This document shows positions 12,701-25,621 of a stretch of DNA of 64,000 bases, in pieces (within the stretch, counting starts at the first letter, position 1; the number at the start of each line of letters is the position of its first letter). The position numbers were made by a program, and so were the translations under genes. The DNA comes from Thalia democratica (lineage: Eukaryota). The notes under the pieces were generated by a model. It saw only the letters and a list, made by a program, of their open reading frames with translations. It was not told the origin of the DNA and ran no database searches. The DNA is taken from the NCBI GenBank assembly GCA_965202585.1, contig OZ241826.1:42284001-42348000 (forward strand), given 5' to 3'.

Positions 12701-15700
12701 CGTAATGCACTTTAAAAAGGCGAAGTGTACTGATGTGCACATCTATGTGAATTTCAACGAAAAGTTGGTGGCACCGCAGTTTATATTGTATGTGCGTTTT
12801 GCTTTTGGTTTTAGGTGAATGCTTCGAGCCGTTTGTATGTGAGGCTGTTAAGTTTTTTAAGGCGTTGATTTAAGGGTTTCACGGTGTTTGAAAGCATAAC
12901 GCTAACTAAACATGGAATAAAGAATAAAGTAAAAACAGCAATTTAAGCCTTTAGTGGCAAAAATTAAAAGTTTAAGCACTGTTTAACAAACCATAAAAAA
13001 AAAATTAATGCTAAAAATCAAATTTTTAATTCACAGCAAAAAAATTTCACCTGTATCTATTTATACAAAATGCTGACTGCTTTCCCAATAAATATAATGA
13101 CCAAAGAAGTACCCTAAATAAAAACTAAAATTCTCGGTAAATGCTACATAGTTTTAGTAGAGTTTCAATTAAACTCATTGGTTAAATAACTTAACAATTT
13201 CACTACACCGAGTATGTAGAATTTTTTGTTTAACACTCTTTTTCCTAACATGCTAATTTATGAATGATTTCTCTATACATAATTTATCTAAAATCAGTCA
13301 GTACAATTAATAAAACTTCGTCACTCAAAATAAAACAAAAATAGCGAAAGCAAAAGTTTCAATTGTTGTTTTTAAGGTTTCTGCACAACTATAAAGATCG
13401 TACTTTTTTAAACTAGTGCTTTCTTATTTGCCATATACGCATTAATCTTCTCAAAAAGCTACCTTTGCAAAGAACTACTTAATTAATATTTAAATAATAA
13501 AAAAAAATATTCCTATTGCACATTACACACAAGTTCGTGTTGTTTTTGCTTCACACATCCTCATGGTCGCCGAGCGTGTGAAACTTCCAGCTGAAAAGTC
13601 GGCAGAGTGCGTGGTGTGCGTCCACTTGAAGGGGCTCGAGAGCACTTGAAGTCTCCACCATGTCTGGCCCGCGACACCCTTCCATCAGTCAACCACTTTA
13701 GTTGGCACACGTGGCTTTGACGATTTCGCGTGTTTTGTTCTTTTAATTATCGACGGCCTTTTTGTTTAAATTTTTGCAAGATGCTTTTTTGTTCCTCTGT
13801 TAGAAACTTTGTACGTAAAAAATAAACTTGCTAAATATATAAATTTGTATTTAATATAACATTTTGCAGAAAAATACTAAAACGTTATAAAAATCATACT
13901 TCATGTAATTAACAACGAATTAAAGTTTAAAATAAACTATTTGTTAAACTGATGACCAATAAAAGTTATGTTTAAATATTAGTGTTTCACTTAAGAAAAC
14001 AAGCAAAAACCTGAAAACTATTACAACAGGTTAGGATGATTGTTCAAAAATAGCTTAAAAACTTTTTAAAGTTTAGTGTTTTACGGTTTATTGCGTCAAG
14101 AAGCAGGAAAAACTGATATAAATAGTTTGAAATTTTTATGAACAGACTTTAAGTTACATAAAACCAATCATTATATATAACTAGAGTGTTTTAATTGAAA
14201 AATATTAGTAAAAGCTTATTACTTTTAAGTAAGAATTAATAACACTTTGCTTTTATTAAAAAAACGAAACCAATACCGAACATAAGTATTTTTGTCTTTG
14301 TCCTTTTTAAAAAGCTTAACGGTAAAATTAGTTTAGACAAACTGATTTTGATCCTTATACAGATCGCAAAATTGCAACAAAAAGGAGATTAAAAATTAAA
14401 TTTTTTAAACGAAAAAACAAACAGAGTAATTGATTCATTGGTAATCTCGGGAGATGGATTTATCCGGTTTCCGAGCACTGCATCACCAATTCATCTCATT
14501 AAATTCAAGTTTATCTTGTTTGTTTGCCTGTCTTCTAAATGCTTGCCTGTTTGTTTTTTTTTTTACAAAACTTTTGCAATTTATCAAAAGAGACGTATTC
14601 AGCTAAGCACACAACTTTTTACTAGTTGTAATAATTTTTACCCATGCTACAATAAATTGAACAAGTCTGAATAATGCACTTTGAAATGAGCCCAGGCTCG
14701 TTAGTGATACTATTTGCAGTTAAAACAAAGCCATGTAAAAACCGACTGCAGACAGAATGGAAGGTACAAACAAGCCTCACGTGTATCGGCAGACATTGAG
14801 ATTGATGAGCTTGCGAATGTCACTTTTGGGGATTAATTCTGCACCTTTTTGTGTCAGGGTGTCAAACGCAAAGTGTACTCGTTGAGGGTGATGGATGGCT
14901 TTTAATTGAGAACATCGAAATAAGTTTGTCGGAAAATAGAGGTACACACGGTTTTTGTTTATTGCCATCCAGGCTTACCGATTGCTGGTGCTTTAAAGTT
15001 GCTAACAAGTTTTCTGTACGGGTTTAATTTTGATTGATTTAGTATAAATTTTACTATTAGTTTAATAAATCATTTGTAATTTAATTTGTGAATCCTACAA
15101 TAAATTTAAAGAATTAAAGTTAAAGCTAAACTAAACTTTTAAAGTAGTAAAACAGCAAATGTAACTTAAAACATTTCAATTAAATATTAATTAAAGCAAA
15201 TTTTTTAAACTTTTTAAAACGTTTTAAATTGTCAAATTTCATATTTTTAAAACCTTAAAATAGTTACAGAAAATTATAAATTAAAGGATAGGCTGACCTT
15301 TAATTAGATTCACAGAATACGTATCCAGCACTAATACATAAGTTTTTGATTTTTATATTGCACTGTAATATTTTACAAGCTTTTAACAACTGCTACGAAA
15401 TTTAATTTTAGGCCTATATGCAACTAGAAGCACTTAATATGATAAAAGTAGCTAATCTTGCTATTACTAGTAGTATTTAACTTTGTCACGTATTGATAAT
15501 TGTTTTTAAATTATATTCTAACAATCACCCAAATAAAAAAAAGGTTTTATTTCATTATAAACCAGTTTAAAACGCAAGTAGACTTTTAAAAACAACATAA
15601 TTTTAATATAGAATTTAACACTTGTAGCTACCTATGTTTTAAATCATGTCTAAGCCTAAACTTTACGAGCTTTTACAAAATTTCAGATAGTTTTATCGCC

Positions 15701-18700
15701 TAGCAAACGACAAAAAGTCAACAACGACGACCACCTAAGAGCACACAAGAAGATTTAATTAAACTTTCCAAACAAGCATATTTACATCGGTTTAATCATC
15801 GCACAATCATGATGGATTCGACTCGCCGATCGTGCATGTACTTTGCGGGCTTACACCCCTGAAAATCACTTTGTTTGTTTAATCAACTACATCTCGTTAA
15901 ACAAAATCTCATAAGTCTGATTAAACTCAACATACTTGCAACAGAGTTTTTCACGGCAGAAAAGTAAAATTACACTCATTTTTTTTAGTTTTTGTTTTTT
16001 TGGAACTATTTTTTCCAGGAAGGCCTTCGAAGGTGTTTGATTATACTATGAAATAATTTCTTAAACTTAATGTAGTATTGTTATGCTTTTTTATCTTCAA
16101 AATTAAAGAAAAAGTGTTAAGTTGGTTCGTGACATAAGTTTATTTTACTGGCAGAGCATAAAGCTTTTTTACACACTAAACATTACACAATGAAAATACG
16201 ATCTAATGTTCAGTGAGTTTAAACATGAAACTTTCAATTAGCCGTACACCACAAAATATTTAAAATATACTGGAAAACCTTTGAATACTGTGCGGTATTT
16301 GTCAGTTTTATGGTGCACGTGTTTTCAAATATTTAGAAGTAAATGTAATTAAATCAAAACACTTTTGGAATTTTATCAGTTTTCCTCATGAGTTTGAAAA
16401 AGTGAAATACTTAATAAAAAAAATAAGAAACAAAATTTATTTCAAAACATTAATTTCAGTTAAAAACTAATTGAACCTATTATCAGAAAAACTATGAGGA
16501 ATTTATGCAAATGCATTGTTTATTTAAAAAACAAAAATCTTTAAAAATTATACTACAATTTAAAAAACTGTTACAGCTTAACTGTAAAAGTAGAATTTAT
16601 TAGGAAATAAAAACAATTTTGAGTTTAACTAAAACTGCAGAAACTTTTAAAAGCCTTTGAAGTAGATCTATTAGAATTTAATTTATATTTTTTAATGTTG
16701 TATCAATTTTTTTTTTGAAAATACTATTTGGTAAACAGTTTAAACATGAAAAACGCGTAAAAAATATTTTCGTTCGTTTGGTCTAAAAGTGATATTTATT
16801 ATTTAGTCTGGAATAATTTTTAACTCATTTGTCAACTTTAATGCTGTTGCTCAACATGATCAATCTTGTTCTAACTTTGAAGTTCTAATAATGAAACCGC
16901 TTTGAGGTTAACTGTGCTTGCGAGCTGTCTTATTTAGACGTAGTTTAACCTAAACTTTTAATATCGAAAAGTATTAATCAACTGCAAGCAAATACTCTGG
17001 TTAACACTAAACTTAAAACAGGTCTAACATAAGATTTTAAATATCAAAGATAACTTAAGTTTTATAAATACTATGATTCTAGCTAAGCAGAGTTCTAAAC
17101 CTTTTTTTATTTTATAACGTTTTATTTTACTTTAAATTAGCTTATTTCAAAGTATATGAAAAAAAAAGTTATAATCGTTCGAGTTAAACAAAATCTAATT
17201 TCCTTTTTTTCCTTTATTAAAGTTTAATAAAGAAAACTTGAGTAAAATCATATTGATATATAGAGTAGTGGTTTTTGAGAAAACCTTAAGTTCCCAAATT
17301 TACAAGATCTAAGCACATTACAACTGTAAAGAAAACCTCTTAATAATCTTAACTAACCTTAAATTAGATTCAAATATTTGCTTACTAAAAAATACTCTTG
17401 AAAAACATTAAAGTTGGATTTTTTGTAAAGAATATGGAAATATTCTATTGTACAACTTACTCTCAGTAAAATGAATAATTTCAAGCACAAGTTTAGCTTG
17501 TGTTTTTCTATAAAACTATTTCTAATTAATTAAACTAAAAAGTACAATTTTTCTTTTTTAGGACTTTGAATAACTATGTAAACTGTTTTAACTGAACTAT
17601 TACAACATAGAGTACAAAAAATATCTAACTTTGAAAAACATAAAACTAGAATTTTGACGTAAACACTTGCGTTTGATTACAAAAAATGCTTTACTTTGAA
17701 ATTCACTCTAAATGGCTTCTGTTGATGATTGTAAATAAGCATTGTCAATACCTGACATTGTATTTGTTTGAAGTCAGACGTTTAGGATTACCACCACAAC
17801 AAACAAACCTGCCAAAACCAGAACAGGTGGCCCTGAAAATCGAGGCACAGTCTGGCGTCTGTTGCCTAGCAACTGATCACATCGGTCACACTTGTTAGAT
17901 GTTTCCACAACAAAGATGAAAACAAATAATGTTCAAAAAGGCCACTGCTTTTTTAATGTAAAAAGTTGCAACAGCGTTTTTGAAATTTTTGTTATTGTGA
18001 AAACATAATGTTTGTTATTAAGGTTTTTTTGAATAAAATAAAAAGCAAGTAATGAAAATAAATTTCAAACCTAGAGTTTTTTGGTTAAATAAAAGCGTAA
18101 AAATATAAAGTATACGAAAAACCTTTTAATTTATTTAAACTGTTTTTAATTTTTAAACACACTAGAAGATAGCAATTCAAAAGTTCTGTGGTGAAACTTC
18201 AGTTTGCATTAAATTATAAGTATGTAGCTAATGATCAAAGCTTTAAATATTTTCTTAGTGCAGTAATATTTTACACTTTTTTTCAAAAAAAAATCAAATA
18301 CTTGAATCAGGTTCGATATTGATTAAATAAAATTTACTGCACTTACATAAAATATACCTTAATATAGTTTTAATGTGTATAACTTTAAACTTAACACATT
18401 GCTTCTTAGGTACATAGTTCAAATACAATGCTCACGTATGTATGTTCGTGCTAAAAAGTTATATAAGTACTACATAAGACTATAAATTTAAAAGCTTTAT
18501 TTGTATTCGAAACAAAGTTATATACTCTTACAACTTTTCTAAAGCTTGTAAAATGTTAAAAGTACGCAAATGTTAAAATGAAAATTAAAAAGGAAAACCA
18601 ATTTCTTTTTATAACTGGTGTCCATTAAAACCTTATAATACAGACAGTAGCTGTCAAAAACTGATGAGTTATTCCCTGAAAAACCATCTAAAAATACAAG

Positions 18701-21700
18701 TTTCCATACCCACATACGCGTGTGTCAACAGGGAATTACAAGGCTAATTCGCGTCCCCACACAATAGAAACTGTTTATTGCATGGAAGCGGTTTTAATCT
18801 CAACTGTTAACTCCCGCGCTGAACATGATATTTGCGCCTTACAGTTTCTCCTTGTCAAAACTTATATTAGTTTGTGCGACCGGTGACTATATGTGCCAGT
18901 GTTTTATGTTTTATGGCTGAACAATACATCAACATTTTGAGTCGGAGCGACAATAAATTCAAAATAGAACTCGACCACAAAAAGTACAAGCGTATTTGAC
19001 TTCATGTTTTTTAATTTTGGTATAAAGTTTTAAATGTAAAACATACTTGAATTTATGGCTAAAACTAGATGCTTGAAAAAAATAAACTGGTTTGTGTAAA
19101 ACTTTTCTCAGCAGGCTTTGAAATTGGTTAAACCACTTTTTAAACAAAAAAATTTTAGAATTATTTTAAGTAGTTTTAATCAGTTGTAAGTTTATAGTAC
19201 TTTGTTCAAAGATGTTTAGTTACAACAAAAATTTTCTAAACATTTATATGTAAACTATCATCACGTATTTTCAACATAAAGTTCTTATGTCAAAACGTAG
19301 AATGTCAAAAATCAAGCATAATGTGACATGATACGCCGTAAAAACCAAAAATGCCTCTAAAAAATCGAATTAAACTGCATACAAGCAAATTAACAATGTT
19401 TTAACACATCCAAGAAGTTTTAAAACTACTTTGCGGTAATCCTAAATGCTTTAATCTGACATTTTACAAATTCATCCTTACTTACTTTTGTTGATAAATA
19501 TATTCAGCAACATAATACAGACATTAAAAGTTTTAAATGTAAGGGTATTCTCTATTTGTTTTTTACTAAACTGTTAATTTAAATAACATTTAAAACGTTA
19601 ACAACACAGTCAATATTGTTAAACAATCTAACAAAATTGTGTATTACTTTAGGCAAACAAAACCAAAGTATTTAAACTAATTGATGTAAAAAAGTCTTGA
19701 TTATTGGAACTTGGAATAATTTTCAATAAAAGTATATTCAAGCACATAGTTTTAGTATGTTAAAAGTTATGTAGAACAAAGCAAGTAAGTATACAATTTT
19801 TAACTTGTATACAAATGTTTAAATAATCACATTACTTTTGGCTTAGACTGCCTTTAAGATCAAAACTAAAAGAATACAAGAAAATTTTTCACATAATTGA
19901 CTAATAATCCAGGCAAATAAATGTTGACTCAGATGATTTAAAAACTTTCTTCCAATTAGAAAAAGTTACACAAAGAATAATCAGCTCGTATTTCAATAGA
20001 CCGTTTGATTGGCTAATCCAATCAATATTCATTGTGGACGGGGCGTACAGTCTGGCTAAACGACCGACATATCAAAGAATACCCATCAACATAAAACCCA
20101 ATCACTTTAGAATTAAATTATTTTTTGCTTGTTGGCCGAACACACAAACAACTGTTTGAATTGCTTTCTAACAAAAACTGGAAACGTGGCAATTTGTTGT
20201 TCTACACCCACTGCGCGCAGTAAGAAAACACGGAAGACCTCATTGTGAGGCACTGCTTTTTATCGACTTCTTTTGTATCCTTCTATTGTGAGAGGCGGCG
20301 CACAATGCAAATTTGTGAAAATAATCCTGACTGACGGGGCAGATCGCAGCAGTGAGGTTTCTATTGGACGCCTTTTCATTTTTGAAAGCTCGATGTTTTT
20401 TTTTTTGCGACGTCAAAAGGCAATCCAGACTGACCGGTTTCAATTTAGTGAGTTTTGTATTTTGTGCAGTTTCTGTAAAAGCTGACTAATTTCTGATTTG
20501 ACGCTTTGAAACGAGATTATGCTTTGGAAGTTATCTTTTGACAGCAGACGTATGAAAATTATTCTGCATGTGTCTACAATGAACACACTTTAAGTGTCGA
20601 TTTGGTAGAGTCTATAGAATTTATAATGTCGTTTCTAACTTTTATTTAAGAAAAATATTTTAAGCTATTAATATTTAGATTTTTGCAGAAATTTTTTAAG
20701 CTATTTAGAATTGTTTTGCCTTACAAAAAAATTTTACACACGTTTAAAATTAAAACAAGCTGCTGTCTATTATAAAGCAAGATGCTCAAGCTTAAGTTAC
20801 AACCTAAATTTTAAGAACTGTAGCAAAAATACTTGTGTAGAAGAACTTTTTAGAAATTATTTTATAAAATTGTACGAAACAAATACAAGAACTTAACACA
20901 AAAAGAAGCTACTAACACTACTTTGTATGATCCAAAATCGCGCCGAATCGGAAAACTTGCAGCTTACAAGCTCCGAATTAACAACAAAACAAGCAACTTG
21001 CTTTCGAAGATCAACCCGCCCAATCTGCAGCTAACAAAAGGCAATTCCGCTAAACTTTCGATGAGAGAGCAGATAATGCCGATCAAGGAGCGGCTGAGAG
21101 TCTTCTAAGCAGAAGCTGGTAGCAGCCGTGCGGGGACGCTTGACATGCTGACTTTGAGCGGGAGCGATTGAAAAGGAAGAAAATAGTAATTTCCTTGATC
21201 CGCCAGCGCGCGGCCCCTTTCAAACGAGCCGACTTAAGAGCAAATGAATTTATGTATTAAAGGCGAAATGAATAATGCAGGCAAATCCCAATTGATCTCT
21301 CGGGCAAACGCTACTTTGTTGCAGGCTCAAAGCTCCGCGGACGGAACTTAGCGGCGTGTCAGGGAAAGAAAATGGATAAATTTTCAAAACGAAAGTTTGA
21401 TTGAAAATAAATGCTGGCATAAAAAAGTTTTAAGAAGAACTTGAAATCGGATTATTGTATCAGCCTATTAGAATTAAAATCAAAATTATCATTCAGCAGT
21501 GGATGTGAGACCTGTGCGTATTAAATTTTCAAATATTTTTTATATTTAAAAAGTCATTGCTTTTTTTACTAATTAAGGTAAAATATATTCAAACATTTCG
21601 AATTATTTTTATTGACTTTTGAACAATTTTTTTTTCTGATACAATTTCTTAAAATTTTGTTTTAATAAAACGAAAAGTTATAAGTTTGTTAATGTTTGAG

Positions 21701-24077
21701 TTCTAAAATACTTTTGTTAAAGAAGATTAGATACTTTGTTTAAATTGTATAACAAACTTTAACAAAAGCTCCGATATTTAGAAAAGAACGTTGTCTGCGT
21801 ATAAATGTAAAACAATAAACTAACAAAGAATTAGTGACAAACATACTGTGAATGGAAAAATTAAAATAAAAAGATTTAATGTTTTAAATTTTTAACTAAT
21901 ATTAACAGTAGTTCAAAGTAAAAAAAATTGATTGTGTAGATAACTTTAAGTTTTTTTTTCTAGATAGTTTTGTACGTTAACTATAAGAAAGTTGCTATAA
22001 GTAGTATAAAGTGTAAAAAATTTTAAATATCGAGTTTTAGTTAATAAAATATGATATTAAACAAAACTCTTTTTTTCATAAATCTATGAAACAATAGTGT
22101 TTTAGTTAATTTAACCATAAAATTTAATTGCAATCATAGTTTTAAAATGCAGTTTTACTCATTTTAAAACACTTACAACTACTAATAAATATATCTATCT
22201 AACACTTTTAAACTACAGTAAAGTGCAAAACTTAATTAAATTAAAATTTAAGTATAATTGAACAAAAGCTTTACCAAATAAAATAAATTTTTTTTTGAGT
22301 TATAAGCTCATTTGGAAAAAAAATACTAAGCGAAAAAGTATTTTGAATGTTTGATAACTAAAACATAGTTTTGTAAAATAAGGAAATTATTTCAAACTTA
22401 AATAACTGAAATAAAAGAGTATGATTTGAAATTAAATAGCTATTAAGTATTTTATACAACTTATAAACAAAAACTAAAACATATTACACTCTGTACCGCA
22501 TCGATCATACTTTTGTAAAGCGAATTAAGTACGTTTAATTAATTCAAAAAATGATTTATTAAATTATTAAAACTATCTTTTTTAGATATATTTTTACAAA
22601 ATTTTATAAATAAGCATTTAGTATTTATCCAGTGTTATTATATGCCTTGTATCTAAAAAATTCTCGACTTAAGCTGTTGTGTAGATTAGTTTAAACAAAA
22701 ACATTTTTTTGTATTTTCTCTTTGTTGCTTTGATAAAAATCATCACAAAAACTATTTTATGGTATACAATATAAAAGTATTAATGTTTACTAATTACTTT
22801 GCAATATTTAATTAAATCATCTTACATAATATTTTTTATAATCAAGTGTGTATGTTCAGTATTTGTATAGTTAAAAAAAACTACATCTAAATATATTACA
22901 TAATTGTTTTTTCAATCAAAGAACCAACAACTATAAAAACAACTATGTTTTCAATTGAACTTACACCAATTTGCTATCAAAACATTTCAGTTTGTTCGAC
23001 ATTTAAAGGCTTAGTGTTATTTCGCAAGTATAGTTTTAAATGATATTTGCAAAATCAAGAATACCTATGGTACTCACATTGAGAGTTTAATTTTAATTTT
23101 TTAGAGTTAAAGTAAGTATTTAGTAAAAATTAGCTGCTTGTTATGTAAGAACAGCTCATTTTTGAATCAGGAAGCTCAACTACTACAACTATGTCTTTTT
23201 TATAAAGAACTATAATTTGTTAAGCAGCTTATTATACCATTTAACATTTCTCGGCAGAATTTAAGAAAGTTCTAATTTTTAGTTCAGTTGATATGTCAAC
23301 ATAATACATTTTGTTTGAACTAGTTTAGCAATGAACGTTTTATTTAAGTATAATTTTTATTAGTGAAAAGTACAACTAAAAAATAGGTCGATCAAAAATA
23401 AAAAAATAATAAAAAGTAAAACATGCAAAGTTTAAAGGTAATTCTTAGATAGAGCTTTAAAGTTAAATAGAAGGAGAAAAAAAACAAGTAAAAAGATAAT
23501 TTCAACGTTATTTACAATATATTTTGTAATTTAAAATAAATTTTTCGATATAAAGCAAAACAAGAAGTTGTTAGTAAAAGTGAAAATATAACAAAAAAAA
23601 ATTGGATTGGTATAAAATAATCGACAAGTACTTAGCAAAAAAGTTTCAAAAAATCAAATTTTTCCACTTAAATTTAGCTTATAAACGATTAAAAAAGTTA
23701 AAACGTTTGAAAATAAGAATTTGTATTGATGAAAAAGTTAAAGTAAAATACAACAAAAACGTTTTATAAAAGGAAATTTTTGCCCTAGAAAACTCTTATT
23801 TTTAATTTTTTCAAAATAAGGTGAAGTTTTTACAAAAAAGTTGACATAAAATGACAAAAGAAAACACAAAAAGTTTCTCCCTGAAACAAACACAAAGTTT
23901 CAGTCTTTAAGAAAAATTTATCAAAATGTAGTAAAAACCGTCCGCAAAACACTTAAACGCGTATTAAATAAAAGGGCGACAAAATTAAAACTTGCGACAG
24001 TTTTTGCTCCCTGAAGTGTCTCACTTTTTAAGCGTACAACAGTCACATTCGTTAAAAGAAAAAAAAAAAAGAAAAGT

Positions 24078-24983
24078 TTAAGAAAGTACGTGGCACTCCG
24101 ACGAGTTCGAGTATCCGTTGGTCTGGCTGCCCGACAACTGCGCCCCCTGCTGGTACGGGTAACTCGGTTGCGAGCACGGGAAAGTCCCCTGCTGCTGGGT
24201 GGCGGCCAGTTGAGACTGGGCTGCCATCTGAGAGTGCTGGTGGTGGCGGAAGTAGCCCTGGCTCATCATCTCGTCCACTCCCTGGTAGCCCGTTGGCATG
24301 TTGTAGTTTGCGGCCTGGTCCAAGGCGTTGAAGTAGGCCTGGTGGGCGTAGCTGTGAGGGTAACCCCCCGCGTTCATTTGCCCGCCCTGCATGTACTGGT
24401 GGGCGTTGGAGAACTGGTTCACCGCCGCCGCCAGGTACGGAGAGGTGCTGGTCCCGGAAGCGGAGCTGGACATCCCGTAGGCCGACATCGGTGTTCCTGT
24501 GCTCTCGCCGTTCGAGTTCGGAGAAATGGAAGAGTTGTTCCACATGCCGCTCGATGACTGTGACGTCATAGCCATGTTGGCGCTTCCCTGTTGCTGCATC
24601 ATTCTGATCATGTCGTTCTGCGGGCCGACGGAGGAGCTGGTCGGAGGAGGCGGGGTGAGTTTGCTGGTCCCCATGACTTCCGTTCCCAAGGAGAGCTGCA
24701 CGTTGCTAGGGGAGTTGTTTTGGAGGATCTCGGGGCTGCCGGAGACTTTCATCTGATCCTGCTGGGGTTGGAAATCTAGTTCGAGGCTGTCGGCAGGTTT
24801 GCTGGTTGGCTCGAGCCGACCGATGCTGACCGGCGACACCTGCTGGTTTGTTGCCGGCTTGCTGTGCTGCTGTGGCTGCTTCTCAACCTTCTTCTTGCTG
24901 CTGCTTGCCGCAGCTGACTGTTCCTTTTGCTTTTGCTGCTGCGACTGCTGCCTGCACTTTGCGCGACGGTTCTTGAACCAGAC
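24078..24983 (-). CDS. otx: Otx-A coding exon 4 (recognition helix and C-terminal region)
   Basis: Acceptor ctttcag|GTC TGG TTC AAG AAC; 906 nt open to TAA; Gln/Ser/Pro/Tyr/Met-rich with GC-ending codons. Confidence 0.97.
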   Translation of the reverse strand, partial: VWFKNRRAKCRQQSQQQKQKEQSAAASSSKKKVEKQPQQHSKPATNQQVSPVSIGRLEPTSKPADSLELDFQPQQDQMKVSGSPEILQNNSPSNVQLSLGTEVMGTSKLTPPPPTSSSVGPQNDMIRMMQQQGSANMAMTSQSSSGMWNNSSISPNSNGESTGTPMSAYGMSSSASGTSTSPYLAAAVNQFSNAHQYMQGGQMNAGGYPHSYAHQAYFNALDQAANYNMPTGYQGVDEMMSQGYFRHHQHSQMAAQSQLAATQQQGTFPCSQPSYPYQQGAQLSGSQTNGYSNSSECHVLS

Positions 24984-25621
24984 CTGAAAGTACAATCACT
25001 TTAGTTTGGTGTACTCAAAAATTTCTAATCAGAAATTATGTATTTTTAGTTGTGTTTTAGGTTAAATTATTTCCTTGCTCTAACCTGAACGCGAGATTCC
25101 GGAAGATTTATTTTCAAAGCGACCTCTTCTCTCATGAAAATATCCGGATACCTCGTTTTAGCGAACAACTTCTCGAGAATGTCCAGCTGAGATCTGGTGA
25201 AAGTTGTCCTTTCTCTGCGTTGTTTTCTCGAGTTTCCTGAAAAACAAAAACAGTAATAAAAAATATTCCAATGCTTATGAGAAAACATGATGTTCAAGTA
25301 TTTTTCAAACAAGCAACTCACCGTAAACATGTTGTGGCATGAACGCCATTGTTTTAGCCGCTTGAGCATGCATTCCAGGAAACCTTTGGAAGTAGCAGGC
25401 AGGGTCGTCTGAAGAAAATAAAAATTAAACAACTATGCACTAAACAAATAACAACTTTTAAAACAAATAAAACCTTATAATTTCTTAAAATCAACATGAA
25501 ATTAAGACAAATTAAACAACAACTCACTGTGGTAAGGCACGAGAGGATGGGTGAGCGAGATGTCGGGGTGGTTGAGCGAGAGACCGGTGTATCCGTTCAT
25601 TGCGGGTTTCAAATATGACAT
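24078..25621 (-). CDS. otx: Otx homeobox transcription factor (Otx-A), 4 coding exons: 25621-25528, 25408-25322, 25236-25085, 24983-24078; 412 aa
   Basis: Exon lengths 94+87+152+906=1239 nt join in frame through GT-AG introns of 119, 85 and 101 nt. The homeodomain [48 protein letters not shown]|[13 protein letters not shown] is Otx-type with K50 and has the conserved PRD-class intron between Q46 and V47. N-terminus is MSYLKP. Stop TAA at 24078-24080. Confidence 0.97.
25085..25236 (-). CDS. otx: Otx-A coding exon 3 (homeodomain residues up to Q46)
   Basis: Acceptor tttttgtttttcag|GA, donor CAG|gttaga; encodes [12 protein letters not shown]...PESRVQ. Confidence 0.97.
25322..25408 (-). CDS. otx: Otx-A coding exon 2 ([28 protein letters not shown])
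   Basis: Acceptor ttttcttcag|AC, donor G|gtgagt; 87 nt, phase 1-1, in frame with both neighbours. Confidence 0.9.
25528..25621 (-). CDS. otx: Otx-A coding exon 1 ([31 protein letters not shown])
   Basis: ATG at 25621; upstream acceptor tttgccttcag|G (AG at 25639-25640); donor A|gtgagt, phase 1. Confidence 0.92.

Noticed and set aside
13545-13600. Minus-strand SWKFHTLGDHEDV* behind a cttttcag acceptor, resembling the Otx tail WKFQVL missing from Otx-A
   Set aside because: A WKF match is expected about 0.7 times by chance in 23 kb of one strand, the only phase-compatible Otx-A donor (GA|gtgcca) is poor, and the segment looks like a regulatory island. It should be revisited only if junction reads appear.
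20273-20485. ORF containing VKIILTDGAD, reminiscent of a vWA-domain TDG motif
   Set aside because: Single short motif, no flanking exons or usable splice pair, no codon bias.
23380-23820. Apparent 10-bp phasing of A-tracts in AT-rich spacers (PATC-like)
   Set aside because: Cannot be separated by eye from the 10-column display and high A content; needs an AA/TT autocorrelation analysis.
24052-24987. Overlapping ORFs on the plus strand and in the alternative minus frame over Otx-A exon 4 (155, 85, 62 and 163 aa)
   Set aside because: Shadow ORFs caused by GC-ending codon bias of the real exon; no independent splice signals or recognisable domains.
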